A DNA stretch of 64,000 nucleotides from Candidatus Kryptoniota bacterium (GCA_046706745.1 JBJKPC010000054.1:15759-79758), one strand, 5' to 3'. Counted from the first letter of the stretch, positions 1 to 10,170 are shown. Translations and numbers: made by a program. Notes: generated by a model not told the origin, from the sequence alone.

Positions 1-279
1 GAGATATTCATGTGAAGGTCTCGCGTAACAGTAGATGCAGCCGTGCTCGCACCCCCTATAGGGGTTCAGACTGTATGTGAAGGGGATGTCCGGGCTGTCG
101 TTCTTCGCGAGAATCGTCTTCGAAGTATCCAGAAAGTACTTCGTCTCTATTCTGTTTCGATCCCGGTCCTCGTCTGGAAAGAATCGGTCATCTTCCTCCG
201 AAGGAACGACGTCGAGCTCTATAAACCGGTTCTTCGGATTGAATCCCGAGCTCCTCCCGCTGACTTTGGGGCCTGCCAA
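1..279 (-). CDS. Radical SAM protein, PA0069-like (5' part only; gene continues past left edge)
   Basis: Edge-truncated and absent from the ORF track. Minus-strand frame reads [23 protein letters not shown]...[38 protein letters not shown], with the CxxxCxxC radical-SAM cluster motif. An in-frame TGA at 289-291 leaves TTG 277-279 as the only possible start; GAGGAGGAG lies just upstream. Confidence 0.7.
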   Translation of the reverse strand, partial: MAGPKVSGRSSGFNPKNRFIELDVVPSEEDDRFFPDEDRDRNRIETKYFLDTSKTILAKNDSPDIPFTYSLNPYRGCEHGCIYCYARPSHEYL

Positions 280-349
280 AGCTCCTCCTCACTTCTCACC
301 TGCCGGACGCGGCCTTCAAAGCGCCGGCTGCGTCTCGCATGACTAATGG

Positions 350-1756
350 TCAGTAACCGGTACCCAAATATTGTTGCCAGTTGCCGTTGTGAATCTCATT
401 TCTCGCCGTCGAGTTGACCAGCGTGTAATCTCCGAATCCTGTCCTGTCGACGAAGTCGAAGCTGACTCCTCCCTGAATCGAGTTGTAGTACCATATCTCG
501 TAAGGCTTGGAACTGGATTCATTGGGATGACTCTCGACCTGGTCGGGCTTTCCGTATGTTATGTAGATCCTTCCCCTGTCGGTCTTCCAGCCGGGCGTAG
601 CCCCCACCCTGAAATGGTCATTAGCATACGCAACTCTTTGCAAGTAATCGATCCTGTACTTGTTTGTACTCATAACCGGATCAGGATTCCGCTTCTGCCA
701 GAAGTCAAAGAGAAACTGACGCTTAGCCGGAAGGCTGTGCAATTGGCCGAACTCCTCCTTTTCCCTCGAGGTCGCAATGTAGCGGGCTTCCTCGAACTCT
801 CGGTCGATCTCCTGCAATCCCATGCTCGCAAAGACAGTTGACAGCATTGACGCGCCCAGGCGGCTGCTTCCGGGATTTTCGGGAGCACCCAGGCCCGGGT
901 TGTAGACGAAGAATCTGCGCGAAGACCGCGCATATTCGTTCGCGACAGAATCTACGATCGTAAGGAGAAATGTATACGAACCGGTCTTCAGATCTGATCC
1001 GTTGACAGTCCCAACCTCGACGCTTGTGTCGCCGAATTTTCTCTTTCTTATCGTCCTCGATTTCAGTACCTGTCCGAAACTATCCCTGACTTCGGACTCT
1101 ACCGTAAAGACACTGTCCCTGGCCGAGTCCGGAATGTTATAGACCTCTGCGTAATAGAAAATAATCGGAAGTCCGGCCCCGTAGACTTCCCTCGCATTGG
1201 GAATGACATTGTATGTGTTCTTGTAAAAGATCCCATGTGGTCCGGACCCTGCCTCTGTAATGTTCGAGCACAGCTCGATGTCGCTGACCTGCAGTTTCTT
1301 GAAAGAGTATGCAGGTACGGTTATATGTCCGACAACACTGTCCACGCTGATACTGTTGTTGTGATCTGTCGCCTCGACCCGCATCAGATAGTTCCCAGGT
1401 CTCACTGCAAGCCCGATTTGGCCGACAAACGCCTGATTGAGGTCGGCAGCGGTCGTATCATGAGCGGCAACCGGAACTGCCCAGGATTGGCCTAAGGCGT
1501 TGGAGTCGCTGCCGGTTTCTTCAAGCTTGATGTTGAACATAAGAGAGTCCACGTAAAGAGAATCGCTCTTCACTAACTTCAAACCCGCCAGGCTGAAATT
1601 GTAATATAACTCCATGAACGATTTGGAAGTGTCGTAGCGAAAGGTCGAGAAATCGAAGTTCACGTCAAGGTTTTGAGAGTGCGCCGGGCTCACGACGCAC
1701 GCCGTGGCCGCGACACAAGCGGCGAGAAAGGTCCAGAATGTTCGTCTCTTTTTCAT
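350..1756 (-). CDS. GWxTD domain-containing secreted protein
   Basis: C-terminal 'GATPGWKTDRGRIYITYGKPDQVESHP...YEIWYY' matches the GWxTD signature. Start moved to ATG 1756, which gives a signal peptide (MKKRRTFWTFLAACVAATACVVSPAHS); the ORF-track start at 1900 is an upstream extension. Confidence 0.8.
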   Translation of the reverse strand: MKKRRTFWTFLAACVAATACVVSPAHSQNLDVNFDFSTFRYDTSKSFMELYYNFSLAGLKLVKSDSLYVDSLMFNIKLEETGSDSNALGQSWAVPVAAHDTTAADLNQAFVGQIGLAVRPGNYLMRVEATDHNNSISVDSVVGHITVPAYSFKKLQVSDIELCSNITEAGSGPHGIFYKNTYNVIPNAREVYGAGLPIIFYYAEVYNIPDSARDSVFTVESEVRDSFGQVLKSRTIRKRKFGDTSVEVGTVNGSDLKTGSYTFLLTIVDSVANEYARSSRRFFVYNPGLGAPENPGSSRLGASMLSTVFASMGLQEIDREFEEARYIATSREKEEFGQLHSLPAKRQFLFDFWQKRNPDPVMSTNKYRIDYLQRVAYANDHFRVGATPGWKTDRGRIYITYGKPDQVESHPNESSSKPYEIWYYNSIQGGVSFDFVDRTGFGDYTLVNSTARNEIHNGNWQQYLGTGY

Positions 1757-1930
1757 TTCGTATACAATATAGTTTTTTTTACAGGTGGTGAAAAGGGGGG
1801 ACACGTTAAGCTCTGAGCGCATCGACCGGCTAGGCTCCAGGGGCCGTCTGGCGGATAATTGCCGAAATGTAGAATAAGCATCACGCTGAAAGTCTCTCAT
1901 GGTGGAAGAGGTTGCCGGCAGTTCTGCCGG

Positions 1931-3073
1931 TCATGCTGCTCCGCTCTTCTTGATTATGTCTTTAGCTATGACAAGGCGCTGTATCTCATTAGTCCCCTCG
2001 AAAATTCTGTTTATCCGCGAGTCGCGGTAGAATCTTTCAATCGGTATTTCGCGCGAGTACCCCATCCCACCGTGTATCTGGACGGCACAGTCTGCGACGT
2101 AGTCGAGTCCCTCGGAGCAGAAGAGTTTGACTATTGCGGACTGTCTGGAGATCTGCTTACCAGCTTCGTATGCCGCCGCAGTTCGGTAAACGATCGACTC
2201 CATGCAGTATATGCGTGTTGCCATGTCTGCGAGCATCCACTGGACGGCCTCGAAATTTGCGATTGCCGAATCGAACTGCCTTCGCTCCTTCGCATATTTC
2301 GTGGACAATTCAAGCAACTCCTTTGCTGCACCCACACAGGCCGCTCCGAGACCGAGCCTCCCTGCATCGAGGGTCTTCATAGCAATGATGAACCCCCTTC
2401 CTTCTTGCCCGATTACGTTCGCGGGAGGGACGCGGACATTTTCAAGCGTGATCGGTGCGGTGGCACTTCCCCTAATACCCATCTTCTTTTCTGGCGGCCC
2501 GGCATGAAAACCGTCCCAGCCGGATTCGACGACGAATCCTGTAATTCCGCGTTCCGTGCGCGCGAAAAGCGAAATAACATCTGCAATCGAACCGTTTGTA
2601 ATCCACATCTTTTCGCCGTTCAGTACCCAATCCTTCCCGTCGAAGTCCGCCCTCGTCCGCAGGTTGAATGAGTCCGATCCTGCAAGTACCTCAGTAAGCG
2701 CAAAGGCGGCAATTTTTTTTCCTTCCGCGAGCGGAACGAGGTATTTTTTTTTCAGCTCCTCGCTCCCTCCGATATAGATCGCGTTGCATCCGATAGACTG
2801 GTGCGCGCCAATGAAAGTTGCCGTCGAAAGGCAGCCTCGCCCGATCTCCTCCTGAAGGAGACAATAGCCGACCTCCCCGAAACCGCTCCCGCCGTACTCC
2901 GTGGGAAATGCGACGCCGAGGAAACCAAGCTCTTTAATCTTTTCCATGACATCGCCTGGGATTTTCTCCTCCCGGTCGATCTCACAGGCTCGCGGTTTCA
3001 GCTCATTGTTCACGAAATCGCGAACTGTTTCACGCAGCATTTTCTGTTCTTCAGTGAATTCCAAATCCAGCAT
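1931..3073 (-). CDS. Acyl-CoA dehydrogenase
   Basis: Full-length ACAD-like sequence (LDLEFTEEQKMLRETVRDF..., ...TEVLAGSD..., ...IHGGMGYSREIPIERFYRDSRINRIFEGTNEIQ). ATG 3073 is preferred over GTG 3079 because of AAGGAG spacing. Confidence 0.9.
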   Translation of the reverse strand: MLDLEFTEEQKMLRETVRDFVNNELKPRACEIDREEKIPGDVMEKIKELGFLGVAFPTEYGGSGFGEVGYCLLQEEIGRGCLSTATFIGAHQSIGCNAIYIGGSEELKKKYLVPLAEGKKIAAFALTEVLAGSDSFNLRTRADFDGKDWVLNGEKMWITNGSIADVISLFARTERGITGFVVESGWDGFHAGPPEKKMGIRGSATAPITLENVRVPPANVIGQEGRGFIIAMKTLDAGRLGLGAACVGAAKELLELSTKYAKERRQFDSAIANFEAVQWMLADMATRIYCMESIVYRTAAAYEAGKQISRQSAIVKLFCSEGLDYVADCAVQIHGGMGYSREIPIERFYRDSRINRIFEGTNEIQRLVIAKDIIKKSGAA

Positions 3074-3214
3074 ACCCACTCCTTTCCGGATAATTGCCCG
3101 TTCAGCCGAAAAAGCCCAGAATTGTCATTGGAAAAGATGGCGCAAAGATGCCGCTATTCGACGTCTCCTAATGATCGATCTGGTATCTGATAAAAGACAG
3201 CCCTTGGACTTGGT

Positions 3215-4051
3215 TTACGAACCCGGCTTTTGGCCGACATAGCTCACGATGTCTTCTCCGCCGTCGGCTCCTATGACGCCACCGGAAATCCAGTATGCAC
3301 TTTCATCGCAAAGCAGAGAGATTGACTTTGCCACATCTTCCGGCGTCGTAAGTCTCCCTCCGGGGTTCTTAGCGTGCGCTACACGCAGCATATCCTGATT
3401 ACCCGGGATCTTCCTGAGTGCCGGGGTATCTGTAACGCCCGCCATTATGGCATTCGCCGTTATTCCGAAAGGGCCGAGTTCCACAGCCAGTTGCCGAATG
3501 TGAGACTCGAGCGCAGCTTTTGCCGCTGAAACAGCACCATAGTACGGTATCGCCGTGTGCCCCCCCGAACTCGTCATTGCAAATATCCTGGCGCCTTTCT
3601 TCATAAGGTTGCGTACCATGAGCCCCTGAGTCCAGTATACAAGACTATGCGCCATCACGTCGAGGGTCATCTCCATTTGTGCCTTGCTGACGTATTCCTC
3701 AGGAGCTTTACCTACGAACTTCTTGAGCGTCCCGAAGGCTAGTGAGTGCATTAGCACCCGGACGGTCGAACCCGGCTGGCCTGAAAACTGCTCGGCTATC
3801 TCGTCGAGTACTTCATCCTGTTTGATAGGATCCGCCGCATTGATATTGAAAAAGACCGCCTGACTTCCCGCGTGCCTTATGTCTTTGATAAGCTGCTGAA
3901 CCACGGGCATCGTTCCTGCGCGGTCCAGGTGAACTCCGAATATATTCATACCGTCCTTAGCGAGTTCAAGGGCGGTCGCTCCTCCGAAGCCGCTCGACGC
4001 TCCGAGAATAAGAGCCCATTCGTTCGACTTGAATCGCGGTTCTTGTTTCAT
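3215..4051 (-). CDS. Short-chain dehydrogenase/reductase (SDR) family oxidoreductase
   Basis: N-terminal Rossmann motif LILGASSGFGGATALELA, length about 278 aa, SDR-like Y/K region (AVSAAKAALES). Confidence 0.75.
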   Translation of the reverse strand: MKQEPRFKSNEWALILGASSGFGGATALELAKDGMNIFGVHLDRAGTMPVVQQLIKDIRHAGSQAVFFNINAADPIKQDEVLDEIAEQFSGQPGSTVRVLMHSLAFGTLKKFVGKAPEEYVSKAQMEMTLDVMAHSLVYWTQGLMVRNLMKKGARIFAMTSSGGHTAIPYYGAVSAAKAALESHIRQLAVELGPFGITANAIMAGVTDTPALRKIPGNQDMLRVAHAKNPGGRLTTPEDVAKSISLLCDESAYWISGGVIGADGGEDIVSYVGQKPGS

Positions 4052-4551
4052 CTATTAGTTTCTCCTTCGAAAAGAATCCAGTGTATGATCTGCTTAGAAT
4101 AGGAAATCGCCAACTAGGCCAACGGAGCTGCCGGATCTTCGGAAAATCCTGCGCGAGTACCGCTCCATCATGGAAAAAAGTTAATACCACATCAAAAGTA
4201 AAGCAAGCTGCGCCGGATATTCGAATTCCGTATGAGTCCTCCGGACGACCTTCCTCGCGAAAACAGGACACCTCTCCCATGCATGTCGCAGACTGCAATC
4301 GCTTAGCCGAGCGTTTTTGAGAGAAGACGGGTAGAGCTCTGGATCGAGTCTCGCGACATGCCTATCCCGACCTCCTTAATAACCATTACTCCTATAGGAT
4401 GCACTCGAAGAGCCGGTCTCGTCCCTGCTCGAATATTCACGCATAATCTCAGAAAGACTTGAGGAGTCCCTCCGCCATCCGACTCCGGCACTAGTTGCCG
4501 GTGCAAGGCACAAGGGTCCCTGTAATGGTGGCCTCTCCCTACCTAAGGGTA

Positions 4552-5586
4552 TCAATATATAAGGTTGAATAAATACCCGACCGCGACTATCCCGGCAGCA
4601 ACAACGCCCACAAAGACGGCAATGAGTCTTGGCTTTAGCACTTTTCGCAGGATAACCGTTTCAGGGAAGGAAAGCCCGATCACGGACATCATAAAAGCGA
4701 GAGCGGTGCCCAACGACGCGCCTTTCTCCAAAAGAGCCTGCATGATCGGGATGATGCCCGCAGCATTGGAATAGAGTGGAACCCCGATGAGAACCGAGGC
4801 GGGAACTGCCCACCAGACCGACTTTCCCATTATAGCCGACATGATATCCCCCGGAACGTATCCGTGTATGCCCGCTCCAATTCCGATTCCAGCCACGACG
4901 TACGGCCAGACCTTTCCGACAATATCCCTCACTGATTCGAACCCGTACTGGATCCTAGCATCGAAGTCCATCTCAGTCTGATCCGCCAGCAATTCTCCCG
5001 CTGCCGGATCAGGCCCCTTTACAGTGTAAACCCAATCTTCGACGTAGCCTTCCAGTTTGAGCATACCGATAATGACCCCGGCCGCTATAGCTATGAATAA
5101 GCCGGTCGATATGTAAAGGAGAGCCGTCCCCCATCCAAAAAGGCCAAACAGCAGCACGACCGCTACTTCGTTTATCATGGGGGCGGCGATCAGGAAAGAA
5201 AATGTCGCCCCGAGAGGAACTCCCGCTTCGACAAAACCAATGAATAGTGGAACGGCAGAGCATGAACAAAACGGAGTCACAATTCCGAGGGCACTTCCCA
5301 TGACGTTGCCGACGATAGGCGACCGCTTGCCCAGGATACGGCGGGTTTTTTCGGCGGAGAAGTAACTCCTAACGATGCCCACGAAGAAAACCACTATTAC
5401 CAGAAGCAAGAGCACTTTGGGTGCTTCATAGACAAAGAAAGAAACAGCGCCCGCAAATCGCGCTCCATCTTTTAGCGGCATGAAGGACAGGAACAGATTT
5501 ACCGTCGGTTTGAGGAACCAGAAAGCCGCGAACAGAGCTCCGACAAACAGTACGGCGCGAGCGCGCACCGTGATCTTCAAACTCAT
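4552..5586 (-). CDS. Multi-pass membrane permease (UPF0718/ArsP-like, CSCSAVP motif)
   Basis: Highly hydrophobic 344 aa with 'VTPFCSCSAVPLFIGF'. Its start overlaps the stop of the upstream thioredoxin-like gene by 4 nt. Confidence 0.75.
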   Translation of the reverse strand: MSLKITVRARAVLFVGALFAAFWFLKPTVNLFLSFMPLKDGARFAGAVSFFVYEAPKVLLLLVIVVFFVGIVRSYFSAEKTRRILGKRSPIVGNVMGSALGIVTPFCSCSAVPLFIGFVEAGVPLGATFSFLIAAPMINEVAVVLLFGLFGWGTALLYISTGLFIAIAAGVIIGMLKLEGYVEDWVYTVKGPDPAAGELLADQTEMDFDARIQYGFESVRDIVGKVWPYVVAGIGIGAGIHGYVPGDIMSAIMGKSVWWAVPASVLIGVPLYSNAAGIIPIMQALLEKGASLGTALAFMMSVIGLSFPETVILRKVLKPRLIAVFVGVVAAGIVAVGYLFNLIY

Positions 5587-5831
5587 TCCTTTGAAGCGGC
5601 TTGCTCTATCAGCGATTTGATATCTAGCACATTCAAAACCCTGCCGGCCGATACGACCTTGCCGTCGATTACCATTGCGGGTGTATGCATGACACCGTAA
5701 GAGGCGATCTCAGCATAATCCCTGACTTCCCTGATTTCGGCCGGTATACTCATTTCTTTCAATGCCTGGACGGCATGACTCTCGAGGGCCTTGCAGTTCG
5801 GACAACCCGACCCTAGTATTTCAATAATCAT
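5583..5831 (-). CDS. Small thioredoxin-fold protein (redox-active disulfide protein 2-like)
   Basis: 82 aa with 'MIIEILGSGCPNCKALE' (CxxC) ... 'HTPAMVIDGKVV'. This is the usual partner of the downstream permease. Confidence 0.8.
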   Translation of the reverse strand: MIIEILGSGCPNCKALESHAVQALKEMSIPAEIREVRDYAEIASYGVMHTPAMVIDGKVVSAGRVLNVLDIKSLIEQAASKE

Positions 5832-5899
5832 TTCCCAGCCCTTTCTTTTAGTTGTCGTTGGTACAGCATGTCCAGCAAGCGGACGATATCAAGTGCGGA

Positions 5900-6247
5900 T
5901 CACACCTCGCAGATCTTGTTCCTGTCGACGGTTCTCACTATCTCCGAATCGCTTTGGACCGATTCATCGAATGGGAAAGAAGTCTTGAGGAGGGATATTA
6001 CAGCCGTGACGAAGTGGTCCTCTGATTTCGAGTTTATGCGATAATTGACCCATTTGCCCTCCTTGGATTGTGTGATCAGACCGGCGTCAAAGAGGATCGA
6101 CAGGTGTTTGGAGACGGTTGAGTTTGAAAGTGACAGGATCTCCCTCACTTCGCAGACGCACAATTCCCGTTTCTCCAGCATCTTCATTATCCGGATTCGG
6201 TTTGGGTCACTGAGTGCCTTGAACAACTTCACGGTCTGTCTGTCCAT
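5900..6247 (-). CDS. ArsR/SmtB family transcriptional regulator
   Basis: 'LFKALSDPNRIRIMKMLEKRELCVCEVREILSLSNSTVSKHLSILFDAGLI' is a winged-HTH with the metal/metalloid-type CVC motif. Confidence 0.85.
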   Translation of the reverse strand: MDRQTVKLFKALSDPNRIRIMKMLEKRELCVCEVREILSLSNSTVSKHLSILFDAGLITQSKEGKWVNYRINSKSEDHFVTAVISLLKTSFPFDESVQSDSEIVRTVDRNKICEV

Positions 6248-6555
6248 AGATTCGCTTCCTCACTTCGTCAAATAACGAAATATAATTACTCAGAGGGATC
6301 CCGTCAAGGCAGTCGGCAAATCGCTTGTCCGGCCTGCCTACCGCTATTGTAAATTGATTTTCACGCCCCCTCCGTTTATATTTTTTTCTTGAACGATAAC
6401 TTTGTCAGTGACGAAACAGTCAGGCGCCGGACAAAGCAGTCTACCAGTTTCGCGCTCAGGCGAAGATCGCAGTTTCGCAGTGAATTCATTGAAATAGGGC
6501 CCGAGAAAGAGCGTCTTCTTCGGGTTAAATTTGTTCGAGAGGAAAAGTTCATAGT

Positions 6556-8682
6556 ATGCCGATAATGAACAAAATGCGGGACAACATGCCCGCAATCTTG
6601 GTAGGTCTTGCAATTCTCTTTGTGGCAATGATCGTTTTCGAGTGGGGCATGGACATAACAGGCCGGCAAAACGGGCAGTACACCGGAAATGTCGTCGGCA
6701 AGATCAACGGACAGGAAATTACTTATCAGCAATTCAATCAGTCCCTTCAGAATGCAATCAAACAATACAAGGAGTCAACAAAGAAGGATCCTGACGAGCA
6801 GGTGACGAAAGAACTTCGCGATCAGGTTTGGCAGGGACTCCTCAACCAGATTCTGGTGGATCAAGCTGCGCGCCGACTCGACATCTTTGTAACGGATCAG
6901 GATATTGTCAATTGGGTTACTCAGAACCCGGAAACACTGCCGGACAATATAAAGCGGTTCTTCGAGGACTCGACAGGGCACTTTAGCCGACAGATTCTTG
7001 CTGAGGCTCTTGCTTCGAACCGTCCCGACGTTCAAGAATTCTGGACGAACGTACAGACTTATTTGAAGGAGCAGCGGCTGCAGGAAAAACTGACAGGGAG
7101 GCTTTATTCGGCGATAAGAATTCCCGAGTCGCAAATAAAGCTCCAGTTCGAGCGTGATAACGTGAAGCTCGATGTCGGCTACGTCATGTTTCCTCCCGGT
7201 CAGCTATTTCCGGATTCCTCGATTCACATTTCGGAAGCGGACCTCAATGACTACTACTCAGCACATGAGGATGACTTCAGGACGCCGGCGACCCGCCAGT
7301 TGAAGTATGTGGATTTCCCGATCGGACCGTCGGCTGAAGACTCTTCTGAAGTCAAAGATGAAATGGAGCGTGTTGCGGTCCAGGCAAAGAATGGCACAAA
7401 TTTTCTCGATCTTGTAAAGGAGTACTCGGAAACGCCGTACCAGGACAAGTTTTTGACACACGGCCAATTGAACCCGACAGTCGAGGCCAAGGCGCTCGAG
7501 GCCAAAGAAGGACAGATTGTGGGACCGTTCCTCGCATCCGACGGTTACCATTTAATCAAAGTGATGGCTGAGACAAAAGGCAAGAACGAATACGTACATG
7601 CCGCGCACATTCTCATTCCGGTGACACCGGGACCCGACTCCGTCCAATCGTATAAACTTGCCGACAAAATTCTTAAAGAAGCCCGTTCGGGAGCCAATTT
7701 TGCCATGCTGGCGCGTGAATACTCGCAGGATCCCGGTTCTGCCAAGCGAGGTGGAGATTTAGGGTGGTTTGGCAAAGGAGCTATGGTAAAACCGTTCGAG
7801 AAGGCGGCCTTCGGCGCAAGAGTCGGGCAGATTGTCGGACCCATCCGGACCCGCTTTGGTCTGCACATCATAAAAGTTCTTGGGAAAGATGATCGCGAGC
7901 TGAAGGTCGCTGATGTCAAAATGAGTATAACCACTTCCTCGCAGACAAAAGACGACCTGAAACAGCGCGCTGAAGATTTCATATATCTTGCAAAGAGAGA
8001 CGGATTTGAGTCGGCGGCGAACACGACGAGAAAGACCGTCAGAGAAACTCCTCCGTTTCAGAAGAACTCCGACTACATAGCCACGATAGGAAGCGATCAA
8101 GCTCTGATCGATTGGGCTTTCAAACAGTCGCTGGGAGATATCAGCCAGATAATGACGGTACCCCAGGGCTATGGTGTGTTCATGGTAAGCAACATCAAAG
8201 ACGCTGCAGTCAGTCCTCTCAGTGAAGTTTCTCGTCAGATCCGGTCTACCCTAACAAGAGAGAGGCAATTTGACAAGGCGCTTGCATACGCAAACAAACT
8301 GAGAGCCAAACTGTCGCCGAAAGACAGTCTGAGCTCGCTTGTGAAAAGCGACCCGGGCTTGCACTACACTGTTACCGGCCAGTTCGCTTACGACTCTTAC
8401 GTGCCCGGAAACGTAGGGATGGATTTCAACTTCCTTGCTGAGGCGGCAAATCTTAAAGTCGGTCAAATCTCCCCGGCATTCAAGGGAAGATCCGGAGTTT
8501 ACATCATGCAGCTTCTGAGTAGAACGCCGTTCGATTCGACGGCCTTTAAGATACAGCGGCTGACGATTATGCAGCAATTGATGCAGCGTGAAGAGTCCGG
8601 CGTAGTAAGCAACTGGCTTCAGAATCTTAGGAAATCAGCGACGATTGTAGACAATCGTTCCAAGATATTCCAACAGGACTGA
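6556..8682 (+). CDS. Periplasmic chaperone / peptidyl-prolyl isomerase, PpiD/SurA-like with parvulin domains
   Basis: N-terminal TM anchor (MPAILVGLAILFVAMIVF), SurA_N-like region, and two parvulin-like blocks (HAAHILI..., GDLGWFGKGAMVKPFEKAAF...FGLHIIKV). Confidence 0.8.
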   Translation: MPIMNKMRDNMPAILVGLAILFVAMIVFEWGMDITGRQNGQYTGNVVGKINGQEITYQQFNQSLQNAIKQYKESTKKDPDEQVTKELRDQVWQGLLNQILVDQAARRLDIFVTDQDIVNWVTQNPETLPDNIKRFFEDSTGHFSRQILAEALASNRPDVQEFWTNVQTYLKEQRLQEKLTGRLYSAIRIPESQIKLQFERDNVKLDVGYVMFPPGQLFPDSSIHISEADLNDYYSAHEDDFRTPATRQLKYVDFPIGPSAEDSSEVKDEMERVAVQAKNGTNFLDLVKEYSETPYQDKFLTHGQLNPTVEAKALEAKEGQIVGPFLASDGYHLIKVMAETKGKNEYVHAAHILIPVTPGPDSVQSYKLADKILKEARSGANFAMLAREYSQDPGSAKRGGDLGWFGKGAMVKPFEKAAFGARVGQIVGPIRTRFGLHIIKVLGKDDRELKVADVKMSITTSSQTKDDLKQRAEDFIYLAKRDGFESAANTTRKTVRETPPFQKNSDYIATIGSDQALIDWAFKQSLGDISQIMTVPQGYGVFMVSNIKDAAVSPLSEVSRQIRSTLTRERQFDKALAYANKLRAKLSPKDSLSSLVKSDPGLHYTVTGQFAYDSYVPGNVGMDFNFLAEAANLKVGQISPAFKGRSGVYIMQLLSRTPFDSTAFKIQRLTIMQQLMQREESGVVSNWLQNLRKSATIVDNRSKIFQQD

Positions 8683-8714
8683 TACCAACCGATAGTACTA
8701 GAAGGATTTTACCT

Positions 8715-8755
8715 ACTGCGGTATGACGGAGTTCTCCGGCTGCCGCAGTTTTTTT
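8715..8755 (+). terminator. Rho-independent terminator after the PpiD-like gene
   Basis: ACTGCGG...(inner GGAG/CTCC)...CCGCAGT stem followed by a T7 run (8749-8755). Confidence 0.7.
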
Positions 8756-8813
8756 ATGTGATCCCTACGCACACAAGCCCGGAGAGATGATTAGAGTTGA
8801 TTGGGCTTGTTTC

Positions 8814-10082
8814 TTACCGCAGGACAGTTTGAAGGCGTGTCGCCCCGACTGAGACGAACTTCACTGGAGCCTCAAGATATCTCTCGATGTACTCGACGTA
8901 GGATCTGCAGTTTGTCGGGAGTTGATCGTAGGATTTCGCTTCAGCTATACTTGTTTTCCATCCCGGCAGACTTTCATAGACAGGTTCAATGTCTTCGATA
9001 GTACATAGATCGAGCGGGAATGACTTGAGACGTTTCCCCAGGTACTTATATCCGACGCATACCTTTATTTCATCGAACTTATCAAGCACATCAAGCTTAG
9101 TCAGGGCTAATTCGCCGATGCCGTTCACCATAACGGAATATTTCAGGCTGAAGAGGTCGAGCCAGCCGCACCTCCTCGGTCTCCCGGTTGTAGCGCCATA
9201 CTCGCCCCCGAGTTCCCTCAAAGTCTCGCCGGTTTCGTTTAACTGTTCGGTGGGAAACGGCCCGTTTCCGACTCTCGTAGTGTAGGCCTTTGCCACGCCG
9301 ACAATAGAGTCGACGTAAGTTGGGGCAACACCCAGGCCTGTGCATGCCCCTCCACTCGTAGGGTTCGACGAAGTTACGTAAGGATACGTGCCGAAATCGA
9401 CATCCAGCATCGCACCCTGCGCTCCTTCAGCAAGCACTCTCTTCCCGGATTTCAATTCATGGTTGAGGTATAAAGATGTGTCGGTAATGAACTCGTCGAG
9501 TTGTTTGTCGAATTGTAGATACGATTCGACAATTTCGTCTACGTTTACCTCCGACGAGTGATAGATTTTGCTTAGAAGCTGATTCTTGTCTTCAATGTTA
9601 CTCCTGATCTTTCTCACGAGCACATCTCTATGCAGGAGGTCCACTATTTTCACTCCGACTCGGGCGAACTTGTCTATGTAAGCCGGGCCGATTCCCCTGC
9701 CGGTAGTCCCGATTTTCGAAGTGCCTTGCTCCTTCAGTGAGTCGATGAGCTTATGATAGGGCATAATGAGGTGCGCGTTGTGGGAGATGAACAGCCTGCC
9801 CCGGGGCTCTATGTTCAGTGATTCCAGGAACGCGACCTCGTCAAGGAAGGCCTGCGGATCCAGGACGACGCCGTTGCCGATAACACAAACAACCTTCGGG
9901 TGAAGAATTCCGGAAGGGATCAGGTGAAGGACGTATGTTTTACCTCCCACGACAACTGTATGACCGGCATTCGCACCTCCCTGGTAACGCGCCACTATAT
10001 CCACGTTCTCGCTGAGCAGGTCAACGATTTTGCCTTTACCTTCATCGCCCCACTGGGCTCCAACGATCACTTTCACAGACAT
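8814..10082 (-). CDS. purA: Adenylosuccinate synthetase
   Basis: 'VIVGAQWGDEGKGKIVD', 'GTTGRGIGPAY', 'GATTGRPRRCGW'. Start set to ATG 10082 (MSVKVIVG...). Confidence 0.95.
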   Translation of the reverse strand: MSVKVIVGAQWGDEGKGKIVDLLSENVDIVARYQGGANAGHTVVVGGKTYVLHLIPSGILHPKVVCVIGNGVVLDPQAFLDEVAFLESLNIEPRGRLFISHNAHLIMPYHKLIDSLKEQGTSKIGTTGRGIGPAYIDKFARVGVKIVDLLHRDVLVRKIRSNIEDKNQLLSKIYHSSEVNVDEIVESYLQFDKQLDEFITDTSLYLNHELKSGKRVLAEGAQGAMLDVDFGTYPYVTSSNPTSGGACTGLGVAPTYVDSIVGVAKAYTTRVGNGPFPTEQLNETGETLRELGGEYGATTGRPRRCGWLDLFSLKYSVMVNGIGELALTKLDVLDKFDEIKVCVGYKYLGKRLKSFPLDLCTIEDIEPVYESLPGWKTSIAEAKSYDQLPTNCRSYVEYIERYLEAPVKFVSVGATRLQTVLR

Positions 10083-10136
10083 CGAAAAGTCTCCTGATTC
10101 CTGGCCGCTCTGCTGAAAATCGAGACGGCATTCCAC

Positions 10137-10170
10137 AAAAAAAGGCCCGCACTTCCGTTTCGCGCGGGCC
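10137..10170 (-). terminator. Rho-independent terminator ending the secD-secF-STAS operon
   Basis: Minus strand: GGCCCGC-N13-GCGGGCC stem followed by T7 (plus-strand A-run 10137-10143), 18 nt after the STAS stop. Confidence 0.75.

Noticed and set aside
43-346. Two overlapping plus-strand ORFs (99 and 89 aa) at the left edge.
   Set aside because: The opposite strand encodes a clear radical-SAM N-terminus ([17 protein letters not shown]). The plus-strand ORFs are low-complexity Ser/Arg-rich shadows.
4400-4551. Fragments reminiscent of riboswitch cores (CTGAGA as in TPP; AGAGG..AGGGAC..GGCAAC as in SAM-I; GGTGCAAGG) just after the permease gene.
   Set aside because: Order and spacing do not fit either consensus, key elements (ACCTGA/TAAT for TPP, the kink-turn and anti-terminator for SAM-I) are missing, and the downstream gene (an SDR) is unrelated. 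The region is kept only as an unexplained structured region.
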